Assembly: GCF_000143415.4 (NCBI RefSeq)
Contig: NW_003314268.1
Location: 139,117 to 203,116, forward strand
DNA from: Selaginella moellendorffii
Taxonomy: Eukaryota > Plantae > Lycopodiophyta
DNA: 64,000 nt
Reading direction: 5' to 3'
This document shows positions 36,633-49,359 of the stretch, one piece after another. The translations under genes were made by a program, and so were the position numbers. The notes beneath the pieces are model-generated. The model made no database searches and was not told the DNA's origin. It worked only from the letters and a program-made list of their open reading frames with translations. Position 1 is the first letter of the stretch; the number at the start of each line of letters is the position of its first letter.

Positions 36633-38413
36633 ATGATCCGCCGACTATGTCGCAGCGAGCACTTCAAGGCGCTTTTTTCCACCCTCTTTGCGATGATGCT
36701 GGGGATTTTTATCGGCATTACTTTCTCAGAGGTAGCGCATTGCTTTCTCATTGCCTTTAGCTACATCGGGATTGATTCTCTCCAGTCGAGCTTCTTTTTG
36801 TCGATGCGATCCATGATGGAAGACTGTAGAAAACCTGTGATCTGCAAGGTACATTCTTTCCCCCTTTGGCTAGAAGAATTCTTCAAAAAAAATATTTTCT
36901 CGTTTTTCACGCAGGCTGCTGGGACAGAAACATTGCCACCAACGATTGTAGAAGGACAAACTGATTTGTTTTTGCGTAGACTTTGGGGGAATCCAGAGGA
37001 GGTGAGTAGTTTTCTTCTCGATTGTTGATCACAATTCTAGACTTTGTTTTTGTTCTTACCAGGATCTTCCCTTCAAGCCAAGATATTTGCTAACGCTTAC
37101 TGTCGGATCAAATCAGATGGAAATGGTGGACAAAGCTGTTTCCAAGGTTGAAACATCCTAATTGCTTTCGAAAAAACATCTGGACACTAAGTTTGATGCT
37201 GCAGTTTGACAAAGACTGGATGATAGTTCTTTTTCACTACGACGCGCACACGGATGCGTGGGATCAGTTCGAGTGGTCTCAACGTGCCGTCCATGTTAGC
37301 GTGAGGAAGCAAACCAAATGGTATAGACTTTCTTTCACTTTGTCTTTGGTGTTTACATCTTCTTTCAGGTGGTATGCGAAGAGATTTCTGCATCCCGACG
37401 TGATAGAGCCTTTCGAATACCTGTTTCTTTGGGACGAGGATTTGGATTTAGAGCATTTTGACGCGCATAAGTACGTAGAGAGTGATGTTTTCGTGGAGCT
37501 CGTGCCTTTAAACTCTTCTTTTTTTCCTTTGCTTGTTTAATGCAGATATATCGAGCTTGTGAGGAAACATGGACTAGATATATCACAACCTGGGCTAGAG
37601 CCCGACAGAGGATTGACTTGGCAAATGACCAAACGAAGGGGCGATGTTGAGGTTCACAAGTTAAGCTTGCGTTTTCTTTATAACTTTTGGTAACGATTAA
37701 CGTTTCTCTGTTTCTTTTTCTTTATGTTTTTGTTTTCATATGTAGAACCACGGAAGAGAAGCCAGGTTGGTGTAGTGCAGGGCCTCACAAGCCTCCTTGT
37801 GCTGCGTAAGTTTTGTGTTTAGTTTCTATTTATCTTCATTGCTTCTAGCTATTTCTATCGACTGAGTTTGCTACAGATTTGTGGAGATCATGGCTCCAGT
37901 TTTTTCGCGCAAGGCCTGGCGCTGTGTGTGGCATATGATTCAAAATGACTTGGTGCATGGCTGGGGACTAGACTTTGGCCTGCAAAAGTGTGCAACGGTG
38001 AGCTTTGCCAGTACTTTGCTTTAATTATTTTTGCTTACATTCCTTTCCTATGATTGAGCAGCCTGCTCACGAGAGGATTGGAGTCGTGGATGCACAGTGG
38101 ATACGACACAAAGGCGTTCCGTCTCTTGGCTCACAGGCAAGTGCTCTTTTATGTTCAGAGAGAGTTTTGTACCCTTCTCTTTAGATTTTATGCTCTAATC
38201 GCTCTCTTTTGTGAACAGGGACAAGCCGTCGAGGGGAGACCACCCTGGGAAGGAGTAAGATGGTTTTGGTAGTAAGGCAACTTCCTTACTTTTCCTTTTG
38301 TTTTGTTTTTTCAGGTGCGGGAAAGGTGTAACAAAGAGTGGCGTATGTTTTCTGAGCGAATGAAGAGAGCTGAGGACATTCAGAAAAATGTAACCCTCAA
38401 AAGCCAACATTAG
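36633..38413 (+). CDS. DUF707 family protein (putative glycosyltransferase-like), multi-exon
   Basis: Exons TDLFLRRLWGNPEED, VLFHYD, KQTKW-WYAKRFLHPD, YLFLWDEDL, ISQPGLEP, FVEIMAPVFSR, QNDLVHGWGLD; N-terminal TM segment; GT-AG introns. Confidence 0.92.
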
Positions 38414-41400
38414 TACTACAAAACATATAAGTCGAATATTATTATACCATCTAACATCAGTAATTAAATCGTTAAGCTTGGAAATATTTATAGCTCTTGT
38501 TCTATCTAATGAATCTACAGTTTTTCATCCTCCTTTCTCTTGTCTTCTCACTTTTCCTGATGCTGACAATACTCTTCATAGCAGCGCTGTGTCTCCTCCG
38601 AACAACAGGGCAGGGGCTTGAAGGGAGGTGCGCGCTGCTAGAGACCACATTTCCAATCTGAAATAGGCAGAACAGTGATCATATCTGCCTCGGACAACCA
38701 ATGGTGTACAGTGAGACGCAAGTGCTCTCCTGGTACCACTACCACCCTACTAAAAGGTGTGGGCTTCACTTGGGGGAGCCACTTGAGCTCACTGACATAA
38801 ACTATGAAAGGCTCTTGCAACCAACCAATTGAGGGTGTAAGGGGATTGTTTGTATCAATTGAGTCTCGTGAATCTGTAGGAATATTATAGAATTTTCTCA
38901 TATTTGAAGGATGAAGGATTCCTCAGTGTTCATCACCCCTTCTTCTCCAGCAGAAGGGAAGGATGCCATGATCTAACCTGGACGGTGTTCCATGAGGGAG
39001 GGAAAAATAACATAAACTAAATTGAAAGCCCTTACAACCAAGCAATTGCCCTGTTAAGAAGATTGTTTGTATTGTTTGTATTGTTTGCATTGGCTTCCAT
39101 GCAGCCTTTGAGCTGGCGGTTGGGATCCAAGATGTCGACATCAGTTCTTCATCACTCATGTATGCAATATCATTCTCCATTTCCACATACATGCTCTATG
39201 ATAATGCAATCGCCACCTAAAATCATTTGTGGCAATATAACCATATCTTACTGCAGGGTCTCAATCAAGAGTATCATGGCAGTTATAAAGGATTCAATTC
39301 ACCCATGAGTTTGCTTTCATTCGCTTGCGAAGAAGAAGGTGTGGGGAGTGGTGTCTTGCATTGTGTTGCCTCCATTAGAGATGACACCAGAGGAAGAAGT
39401 GGCGCTTTCTTTAACTGATTGAGAAAGATCTCAGGGATTTCAGTGGACAGCATGATATTCACGTCAAGTTTAGTAGTAGATGCTTGGGAGATACTCCACA
39501 ATGACTACATCAAAACATCTTGGCTAGCATAATTCAATGAGGTTATTAAGCTTGTCAATTGTCATACTGAGGAATTTGCTCACAAGTTTTATAGTCGTGT
39601 TAATAGCTATGGAGGATGTCTTCTTCAAATGGGAGCTTGTGTACTTCTCATGTCTGTTCTCACAGACATCATGCTCATTATTAGGTTGTCTCGCAGCATA
39701 AAGCAACATCTCTCTTCACTCAAGCAAGGCTTAACCTAAGAATTGATTAAGAAAGAAATCCAGGCAGCTAAGGAACTCAATTTGATGGATAGCACGAGAT
39801 CAACATCAATTGTAGCTAAAAGACAAAGCACCTATCTGTGTCAATTCAGAACCTAATGTGGAGGTGATGCATGTGCATTCAAACTATAAACGGGCAGACC
39901 AAGATCCATCTGCTGGGAAACAACAAAGATTCCAATCTTGACATTTCAACAACATAAATGATGAGACTCTTTTCGAACAGTTCAAAAAGAAATTTAGACC
40001 TAAGGAGTCTTGGTCATGAGCTCAAGCTTCGTGAATCATGATCTCAAAGGTAAATCCCAGCGTGTTACAGAGCTTGAGGATGATCCAAATTAGTGGAGAT
40101 AGAGTTAGGTATGTATCAATCATTTGATCAGTGTTTTGCATACTCACTAGTTCAGTAGCTCTTTCAACATCCGAAGAAGAATATAATGCAATCAATGTTG
40201 CTACTAAAGGTTGACATGTTTATTTCATAATATTGGTCCAAAAACTCTTCTTCTTTATTTTTAAAAATGTTATCCAACTTGCACATATTAAAATATAAAA
40301 TATGATTGCGGACATTCTTATAAAAGCTTCCAGCTTTATCATTTGTGAAATATTGAGATAGTCTTGGATTAAAGAGGATAACAATATAAGGGACAATGCA
40401 TAGCTTCATTTAGATTTAATTTGAAATGCTCATTTGCCCTTCTATTCTTCTAAAACCCAGAGATGTAGTGCTTGAAGAAAGCCATCAAACAAATAAAATC
40501 CTAAAAAAGGCCAAAAGCTTTCACAGACTTATATACATTAATTTACCTATTTTCTTAAGAAAAGGCCTCTTTTCAAGTTCATATCCACTTTTACATCATG
40601 AAAAAAAGGTCCACTTTATGATTTGGGAATAATAACTTATCATAATTTTCAATTTGATAGCTTTGGCCTAGACAATAAATGACAAAAAATTACTTAAGGC
40701 AAAAAACCATGAAACAGAAAATAAATTGAGCTCCAAGATGGTTTTAAAGATCACCTACCTATGTTGTTGTTCCAAGAATCTATAATGAATAAACTTTATT
40801 AGTATATACATAATGAAGTTATGCACAATAAGTGATAATTAAAACAATCCTTTATGGATGCATCTATTCATATCAATACATAACTCCATAATAAGTGTAA
40901 TAAGAATTAATATAATCCAAACTCAAATCCAACATAATAACTTCAATATTGATTACTATCCCTTACTTTCATAAAGTTAATATAGTCCATAATTAAATCA
41001 CTTTTCAAGGAAAAGCCAAAATTCAACCCTTACTAAACAATCTCATTTACCACAAGATTAATTTAACTTGCCACTCATCTCATTTAAATGTTAATATAGT
41101 TGCTAATTAATAAATGCATAAATACTAATAATATAAAGTTACTATCAACACTAATTCTATTGAGACTAATGAAACTTATGAAGAAACATCTCATTTCACT
41201 CTAATCTAAATGTTAACAATGTCGACGATAGGACATTAATTCAATATCATCAAATACCATAACAAAATTAAAAGAAAGTAAGAGAAAATCACTATTCAAA
41301 GCTTTTAACAACCAAGCTAAATAAAGTCAAAGATAGTATATTTAGTATTTAAAATAAAACCTTCACACATCATTAAGGAATGAATTACCATATTCAAAAC

Positions 41401-43521
41401 TCAATAAAATCCAACACCAAAGGCTAAACACAACCAAATGATATTGACAATGATGGATCAAAATGCTAACATGGAGAAACCATGCAAATCTAACAATACG
41501 ATCCTTTGTAATACTATTTGGTAAAGCAAGATTAACTATTATTAAGCTAAGTAAAATGTCAATAGTCTTGAATGAAGTTTACAAGTAATCATTAGTCGCA
41601 AAGCAATTAATAATCATTCTTCAACTTGCCTTCATAAAACCCAAACATAAAATTCTCATCATTGAGTTATATATTTGTCCAATAGAAATATAACATTCTA
41701 GATACAATATAAAAGATCATAGACAAGTATAAATAAAATGATTACTCAAATCCAATCATATAACAATAGTTTATTAACATGTCTAGCCAACAGCTCCAAG
41801 CATCACTAAAGAGGCTAACTATATATGACTAACAATTAGTTGAAAATGAAATAAAGACCTTTTAATAAACAAGGCTATACTATGGGTGCTAAAAAGTCTG
41901 AACTTAAGTCAAAATAGAAATACTATTCTTATATATAAAAGATAATTAATATTTCCCATAATAACATTAATCAATTAACTTTATAAGCTTATTTATTTTA
42001 CTTTTAACTCTAAAATTAATGATTGAACCTCACTATAATAATATAATCATCTATAACTTTAGTGACTTTGTGTCAATATTTATACACTAATCTAATACAT
42101 TAGTATGATTATTAACATTCTTATTAATGCTAATAAAATTTTGACACAGAACATCAACATAGTAGAGAAAAGCTTTAAATAAGGCTATCCAGACAAAATG
42201 CTATGTGTACTATTAATTAAACTGCTAAGCTGTATACTTTTTGGTTTCTTTGGAAAACTAGTAGAAAAGGAAGAAAAAAAGTCACAGGGGAAGAAATAAA
42301 ATCTAACACTAATGTTGAATTTACAATTTAAAAAATTATTAATACAAAAGTAATATTTGATTAAGTATTTTGATATAAATTCACATATTGGTGAAGATGT
42401 TTGTTTGATTTCAAGAAGCTCAGTGTTTTTTATTTTTATAGATACAAATATTGACTTGTCTAAAAACTCAACAAATTCTATTGATAAATTTGAATGCTTT
42501 CTTCCTGTTTGTACATAAATATACTTTCATTCACCATTGATTAAGTATTCTTGAAGTAATAATGAAATATTCACTTTGTGGATATCTCATAAATCTCCCA
42601 TTGTCATAACAAATTTGTAATAGCAGGAGAAGAGCTTGTGATAGTGTAACTTGTTAATATAAATAAACTAAGAAAAAAATAATGCATTTTTAATATTTTA
42701 CTTATTCTAAAATGCACATCAATTATATAAGGTAATAAAGTAAAGTAGAGCTTACTTTTCTAACATAGAAAAGTGGCTCACATTCTGCTTTGTGCTCGTT
42801 TGTTCTTAAAAGGAACTCTTCGTTTCAATCAGTGATCATGTCCGGCCCCAACCTGACCGTGAGTTACAACGTCCCTTTCGCGTGGCTCGCTCGGCCTAAC
42901 GAACGTGATTCCGCCCACACCAACCATATGAATCGCTCACTTCCAAGAAGCTGTTCTTCCTCGTCTCCCCTTGTTGTTTTGCTTTTGATTTGTCTTGCCT
43001 TTGACGAGAGCCGAGCCCATCCAACCAGAGCTGACAGATGCCTCGCACTACCTCAGAAAAACACCGGTTGCCATCACGGTTGTTGCACCAGCGTCGTGAG
43101 TGGCAACAAAAAAATAACACATCCCTTCGGTGCCTGGAACTTTTAACTTCGGGCCCCTGCCCGCCCCGCATTTGCAACGGTCCAAATCGTGTCATCCATC
43201 TTGGCTTCAAGCTCATCGAGCACCAGCCTGTAGCTTCCTGTAGCCCTTGCCTATCTATAGCCCTTTCCTCCATCTAGCTCGTCTTGATTGCATGGAAGAA
43301 AAAGCCTTGGACTGCCATCGCCAGAGTTCTTCCAGTCTGATCTCCTGTGATACCTGAGCTGCCTCGAGATTCAATTGTCTCCTCTTCTTTCACCACCCCC
43401 AATTTGATTCACCATCCTAGCCAGCGAAAAGAGTGTGGGATCGCTTTGTTTCTTCGTTTGATCGAGTTGAGCAGCCTGTTGGAAGAGGGAGGCGTCAGGA
43501 AAAGTGATCCTACGAAAAGGA

Positions 43522-44781
43522 ATGAGTATGAAAATCTCTTGCCTTCCAGTGCTGCTGCTGCTGCTGCTGCTGCTCGGTATCGTTCATCTCTCAGTGGCAG
43601 AGACTCATCCGGGCGATGTCACGGTGCTCAAGAACATCAAGGCAGCGGTGGCAGCGTTTCTACCGCAGTCCAGCTGCGTTGCTTCGTGGGACTTCTCGCG
43701 TGATCCCTGTGACTCGTACGCGTCGGAGAAATTCGTCTGCGGCTTCAGCTGTGACGCGGCCAATCCTCGGAGCAAGAGAATCGCACGGCTTGAGCTGGAT
43801 GCGTCTGGCTACTCTGGTGCAATTCCTCGGTCACTTGGCAACCTCGAGTCTCTGGTGGTGCTGGACATCTCGCAGAATTCTTTCACGGGATCCATCCCTT
43901 CGGAAATTGCGAGGCTCAGGAATTTGCAGAAGTTGGACTTGTCAGGAAACAAGCTGTCCGGGGCTCTCCCACAATCCATGGCTCAGCTCAACAAGCTTGA
44001 GTACCTGTCGGTGGCAAACAACAAGCTTAGTGGAACTCTTCCAGTAAGTTTGTTTTCTTCTATGAAAGATTTGCAAAGGCTTTACCTCCAAAACAATCAA
44101 TTCGCTGGTGCGCTTCCGACGTCACTCTCCAATACCGTCAACCTGAGATACTTCGACGCCAGCCATAATGGCTTCGCGGATAGTCTGCTCTTCTCCAAGC
44201 TGCCGAAGTCTCTATACCAGCTTTCACTGCGAAGTAACGCAGCCTCTCTGACGCTTGACAGCCCCGACGTTACAAGGTTTCAGGATCTCGAGGTGCTGGA
44301 CTTGAGCAGCAACAAAGTAAGGGGACCTCTCCCTTCCACGATATTCTTGCTACCGAGCCTCCAGCAGCTAAACCTTTCCCACAACCAGCTCACTTCAATC
44401 AGCTCAACCGATCACCTGGATTTTAGCAACAGCCAGCTCGTTGCTTTTGACGCGAGTCATAACAACATCCGAGGCAGCTTGCCGGTTGCATTGTCGAGGC
44501 TTAACAGGCTTTCATCCCTCTCCTTAAGCAGCAACCACTTCACCAGTAGAATCCCAGACGAGTACGCGAAGAAAGTTGCAGCCGACGGTTCCACTGCTCT
44601 ACCGCTGGCCAGACTGTTCTTGGATGGAAACTATCTCCAAGGCGAGGTACCCAGCCTGTTTCTAAAGCCCCTCCCAAATCTCATCAGCGCCAGCTTCACA
44701 TACAACTGCCTCAAGAAATGTCCAGCCAGTCTTTCCTTCTGTAGTGGAAGCCAGAGGCCCGATTCCGAGTGCCGCTACTAG
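43522..44781 (+). CDS. Secreted extracellular leucine-rich-repeat protein (no TM/kinase), intronless
   Basis: Signal peptide with (CTG)n poly-Leu; SWDFSRDPC N-cap; plant LRR consensus LxxLDLSxNxLSGxLP; Cys-rich C-cap. Confidence 0.93.
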   Translation: MSMKISCLPVLLLLLLLLGIVHLSVAETHPGDVTVLKNIKAAVAAFLPQSSCVASWDFSRDPCDSYASEKFVCGFSCDAANPRSKRIARLELDASGYSGAIPRSLGNLESLVVLDISQNSFTGSIPSEIARLRNLQKLDLSGNKLSGALPQSMAQLNKLEYLSVANNKLSGTLPVSLFSSMKDLQRLYLQNNQFAGALPTSLSNTVNLRYFDASHNGFADSLLFSKLPKSLYQLSLRSNAASLTLDSPDVTRFQDLEVLDLSSNKVRGPLPSTIFLLPSLQQLNLSHNQLTSISSTDHLDFSNSQLVAFDASHNNIRGSLPVALSRLNRLSSLSLSSNHFTSRIPDEYAKKVAADGSTALPLARLFLDGNYLQGEVPSLFLKPLPNLISASFTYNCLKKCPASLSFCSGSQRPDSECRY

Positions 44782-44869
44782 ATATAAGTCGACTCGTCAC
44801 CACCACGTTATCGTTGACATAAATAAACAAACTGCTGCCTACTATGTTACATACAACCTGTTCCTTCCA

Positions 44870-46464
44870 CTACAGCTCGTAACCAGGAAATCTCGCTTCC
44901 TCAGGACGCTGCAAGTCGAGCCAAAGAAAGGCCGTTCCCGCAAGTCCTTCAAACAAGGAGTATGGGTGATCCCCACCGTGCATGTCCCCCGAGTCAATAA
45001 GCTCTCTGCCTTGGTTGCACAAGAAGGTGGCGAATGACCGAGCACGGAAAAGATGCTTCCTATCCCCAGTAAGCCGGTAAAGAGCCAGAAATGGATATGT
45101 GTTGCCACTGACCCCATGGCAGAGTCCAACTCGTCGTAAAAGGCCCTTCTTCCAGATGAGCTCTCCAGCAGCAACAGCGGCTTCCCGAAATACAGGCTCA
45201 GGAAACACCTGAAACTTTCGCGTTATTTCGCAGAAATGCCGTAGTGACAAACCTTGGCAGCTTTGCACAGCGTGAGGCAGATTCCAGGTGCACCATGACA
45301 CCAGTGGATCAGCTTGTCCCGTTGATTGCCGTCACTGGATGGATAGTTTCCAGACTGAAACCTGTTGGCTATCATGTAGAGCAGCGTTTCTTTCACATCT
45401 GCAGCATCCCTTGCTGACAAAGCGAAATGCATCAGGACGTACATTATCCCTGCCAGACCGTGAGCAGCGCCCCAATATCTTGTACCATGCCATTGATACA
45501 TGAGAGGACAAGAGCTTTGAGATGCCCCTGCTCGGCCAGCAGCTAAAATAGCATCAACAATAGGCCCCTGCACCGAAGAAAGGAAACGATCAAGCAACGT
45601 CACCACTTCAAACAGTTATACCGTAGTTGTCCAAGGAATGGTTTCATTCCCAATGTGCATGTTTACGAATAAAGACGCCCACAGAAATCCTGCCCTCCCA
45701 TATAGAAGTTCATATGGCATGCCAAGACCTCCATCTGAAGGACCCGCAGAGAGGGCCTTTTGTTTAGCAACCTGCTATGCCGAGTTAGATTACAAAACAA
45801 TCAAGAAAAGAATAAGAACACAGCAAAACAAACCTCTTCAAACAAGTTAAGATAAAAGTCGACTCTTTGTTGGTCACCTCTGCTCTTGGCAGCCACCATT
45901 CCAAGAGCATAAATCCCTGGCTGGCCACAAATGAATGTGACGTACCTGTATCATCCAAGATAAAACATAAAAAATGGATAACCATATACTACAAGAACGC
46001 TTACTGTTTCATAGACTGCGCTGCCGCAGCACAGTGATCGATGATCTCCGAGCACAGCGCGAGATCTTCTTTCTTCTGGGTCACCTCGAAGGATTTCAGG
46101 CACAAGTATGCAGTCCCCAAGACGCCAGTGTAGAAAATTGGATCTTTCACTCGTGTGCCACCACGTCCCCAAGTTACTTGGACGATCTAGAGCAACACAC
46201 ATAGCCAAAGTTCTTGAGCAAACAAAAAAGGAAAAAGAGTGAGAAGAGAACGAACGTACTAACCTCGTCCTTCAAGGCCAGGGCGGATTTGAGAAGCTTC
46301 TCCGGCGAAGCTAGATGTGGATGCCGGAACGGCGCGGCGAGATTGACGCTGTAGCCTTCGGCAGTCCTTGGAATCTCCTTGCCGCTCTCGAGGATTTCTT
46401 GGACATTTGCCTCCTCCTTCTCGGAGTAATCCGCGAGATTATTCAAGAAGAACCTGTCCGACAT
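44870..46464 (-). CDS. LanC-like (lanthionine synthetase C-like) protein, GCR2/GCL family, multi-exon
   Basis: MSDRFF start; PYELLYGRAGFLW, YWGAAHGLAG, WCHGAPG, GLCHGVSGN, PYSLFEG and FPGYEL* motifs. Confidence 0.93.
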
Positions 46465-46718
46465 TGTCACCACGAAGCTCCTGCTCGCTGCTGGTACTTG
46501 GCCGATGCGAGATCGAAATCCCCAGCCGCCAAGCCTCCTTAGAGAAATCCTAGAATGCCGATCCAAGAAGCGCATAATCCATTGCTATCTTGGTGACTCG
46601 CAGCAAGCTGCAGTGGCCGAGAGAGAGAGATCGAGAGAAAGAATGGAAACCCTAGGCAGAGCCAGTGCCACGGTTAAAGTGGAAGGACGAAGAAGATATT
46701 CTCTGCCTGGAAAAGGAA

Positions 46719-47036
46719 TTAATTGATCCCGTTGCCGCTGCTAGTGTCGTCTTGCCGATAATCCAAGCAAATGGTGAGATTTTCCTTGGCGATCCGGCAC
46801 GAGTTCCTCACCCGCGCTGTTCCAGCGCCCGTGCAGTAGATCTTGACGGCCTCAACCTGCTCGGGGCAAACGATCTCCACCAGGCACATCGCCGCGAGCT
46901 TGTTGAGATGGCCGCACACCAGGCTGCGCTCCGGCTCCGATCGATACCGCGCATTGCAGCGCTCCAGCGCCTGGATTTTGGCGCCGCATTTGCGGCTCAC
47001 CGCCGCGTCGATCGAGGATCCCGCGTCACTGCTCAT
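46719..47036 (-). CDS. Small Cys-rich CX9C/CHCH-like protein (likely mitochondrial intermembrane space)
   Basis: 105-aa single-exon ORF with repeated CX9C pairs: CGAKIQALERC, CGHLNKLAAMC, CRIAKENLTIC. Confidence 0.7.
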   Translation of the reverse strand: MSSDAGSSIDAAVSRKCGAKIQALERCNARYRSEPERSLVCGHLNKLAAMCLVEIVCPEQVEAVKIYCTGAGTARVRNSCRIAKENLTICLDYRQDDTSSGNGIN

Positions 47037-47143
47037 CCAAAATATTTCGACCTAAAACCTCCCTCCTAAAAACCATCTCGAGAAGCTCTCGTGTTAGCAA
47101 AGAGAGAAAATTTCACAAAGGAGTATCTAAAGAGAGCTTGTGG

Positions 47144-48001
47144 TTAGAATCTTCCACGACCTCTGGCACGTCCCCGGAATCCACCACCACCGCTGCTTCT
47201 TCCGCCACGGAATCCGCCGCCGCCGCCATTTCTTCCGCCACGGAATCCTCCTCCACGCCCGCGGCCTTGGTAAAAAATTGTCAATGTAGAAGAGATTTTA
47301 CAATCATAGTTAATATTTACCTCTTCCACCGCCGCCTCTACCTCCGCCGCGACCAAAGCCGCCACCACCAGCTTGTGGTCTAAAGAAAAAATCGGTAAGT
47401 CGAAAGAAGGAAATGGATGAAAATGGAAGGCGGGGGGAGATCAAAGGGGGAAAAAATGGATTTGATCGAAGAATGCGAAGAACTTACTGCGTGAATCGTG
47501 TGAGTTCTAGCGTCTGCCTCGGATCGATGTAGAACTTATCGCCAGGATGATAGGAAGTAGCGACGATGCCGTCTTGCATCTTAATCGAGAAAAACTGGAA
47601 AGATCAAAGGAAGAAAACCAATGCTTGGATCGACCAGAATGAAATGCGCGAAGAACTTACGGGCTCATTGATGGGGCCAAATATTTCTTCCACCCTTCCA
47701 ATCTGCGCCTTGTTCTCCAGGAAAATGGCGGCATTGAATTTCGGGATCTTCGCATCCGCGACGAGCTTCACCACCGCCTCGCCCTCGCAAGCGTGCGAGA
47801 ACGTCGAGATCGCTGCGGCATTGTCGCGATTCAATCAATCTCGGAGAAAAACACGAAAAACTCACCCACAACCTCTTCCGGAGGACCCTCGTCTCGAAAT
47901 CCTCGCGCGCCACCACGAAACCCTCCACGAAATCCACCGCCGCCTCGCCGGCCCCCGCCGCGGAAGCCCCCATCTCTTCCTCCCCCCCTTGGCGGCCTCA
48001 T
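47144..48001 (-). CDS. GAR1: H/ACA snoRNP subunit GAR1
   Basis: MRPPRGG RGG-rich N-terminus; [11 protein letters not shown]...[27 protein letters not shown] core; KFYIDP..LELTRF; RGG-rich C-terminus. Confidence 0.95.
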
Positions 48002-48129
48002 TCTCTATAAACCCTATACCTCCAGACGGACGTCCAGCCTGTCAAGCATATTCTGTTACCATAACGCAGATAGAATATTTTAACATAAGTTTTGCCGACG
48101 TGGCGGAGAACTTAGGGTTCGTGGGTAAA
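48002..48129. promoter_or_regulatory. 128-bp bidirectional promoter with telo-boxes (GAR1 / UBC)
   Basis: Divergent ATGs at 48001 and 48130; AAACCCTA at about 48009 and TTAGGGTT at about 48112. Confidence 0.6.
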
Positions 48130-49311
48130 ATGGCCGAGAGAGCTTGTGTGAAGCGCCTACAGCGCGAATTCAAGGCGCTGTGCAAGGTAAGAATCCAGCT
48201 CTCCGGGATGATCTCATTGTTAGCAATGGTGTGCCGCGATTGATCAGGAACCAGTGCCGCATGTCGTCGCCAAGCCGTCGCCGAGCGACATTCTGGAATG
48301 GCGTGAGTATTTCCTCCTCTATAATCGTTGCTGGATCGCTTTGTTCTTCGTTTGATTCAGCTGCCAAAGTTTTCTTTCCTGGCAGATTATGTGCTCGAGG
48401 GTAGTCAAGGGACTCCATTCGAAGGTAAGCAAATAGAATAAGCCTCTCACACTTTCGGGGCTTTTGATTCTCAAGCTTTGTGCGAACGAATGCAGGGGGT
48501 TTCTACCATGGCAAGCTTAAATTTCCTCCAGAGTATCCTTACAAGCCGCCTGGAATAAGGTAAAGTTTTCTCTTTGTTTTTTTTCTTCTACACTGTGACC
48601 TCTTTTCCTGCAGTATGATCACTCCAAATGGTCGCTTTGCAACCCAGAAGAGGCTGTGCATGTCCATGAGTGACTGTAAGCATCAATCGCTTATTTCTCC
48701 TCTCATTGTGTGTTCTTCTCGCAGTTCATCCAGAGACTTGGAATCCAATGTGGTCAGTTTCAAGGTACTGTCCTAGATTGTCACGAAAACTTGTCATTTA
48801 TTTGTGGCCTTTTGTCGCAGTATTCTTACGGGATTGCTGTCCTTCATGGTAATACGATGGCGTTTTCTCTCACAATCACTCGATTTTTTCTTCCTTTTAG
48901 ATGGATAATTCTCCCACGACTGGAAGTTTAACCACAAGCGACGAGGAGAAACGGCGCCTCGCTCGATCATCGCTTGCTTTCAATTGTCAAAAGTAAGAAA
49001 GTTCTTGTTTTGAAAAAGTCGAGATTCTGCATATCAACTTCTTTTTACTTTTCCGCAGTGTGACGTTCAGAAAAATGTTTCCAGAGTACATCCAAAAACA
49101 GGCCGAGATGCAGACGCTTTGCGAGCAAAAATCAGAGCAACAGCCCGTCAACAAGCCCGGCGAGCCGGAAAACACAGTGGCAGAGAATCGACGCAACAAG
49201 GATCACAACAGGCATTTCATGTTCCCAGGTTGGCTCGGGGCAATTCTGTTAGCTCTCTTGTGTAGTATAATGGCGTTGCCGCTGCTTTCATTGGATCTAA
49301 CCAAGCAGTGA
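48130..49311 (+). CDS. ER membrane-anchored ubiquitin-conjugating enzyme E2 (UBC33/34, Ubc6/UBE2J2-like), multi-exon
   Basis: MAERACVKRLQREF; FPPEYPYKPP; MITPNGRF..RLCMSMSD/FHPETWNPMWSV; C-terminal hydrophobic tail anchor. Confidence 0.93.
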
Positions 49312-49359
49312 TGGGAGTCTTCGTGTGGGATTTTTCTTCGCGAGCAAAGGGTCTGATTT

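Noticed and set aside
40100-41800. Helitron Rep/PIF1 helicase relics
   Set aside because: Only faint motif resemblance in very AT-rich decayed DNA; cannot be supported without a search.
44870-47036. Lanthipeptide (RiPP) cluster: LanC plus Cys-rich precursor
   Set aside because: The gene is an intron-containing eukaryotic LanCL, there is no LanB/LanM dehydratase, and the small protein has CX9C spacing rather than a leader/core layout.
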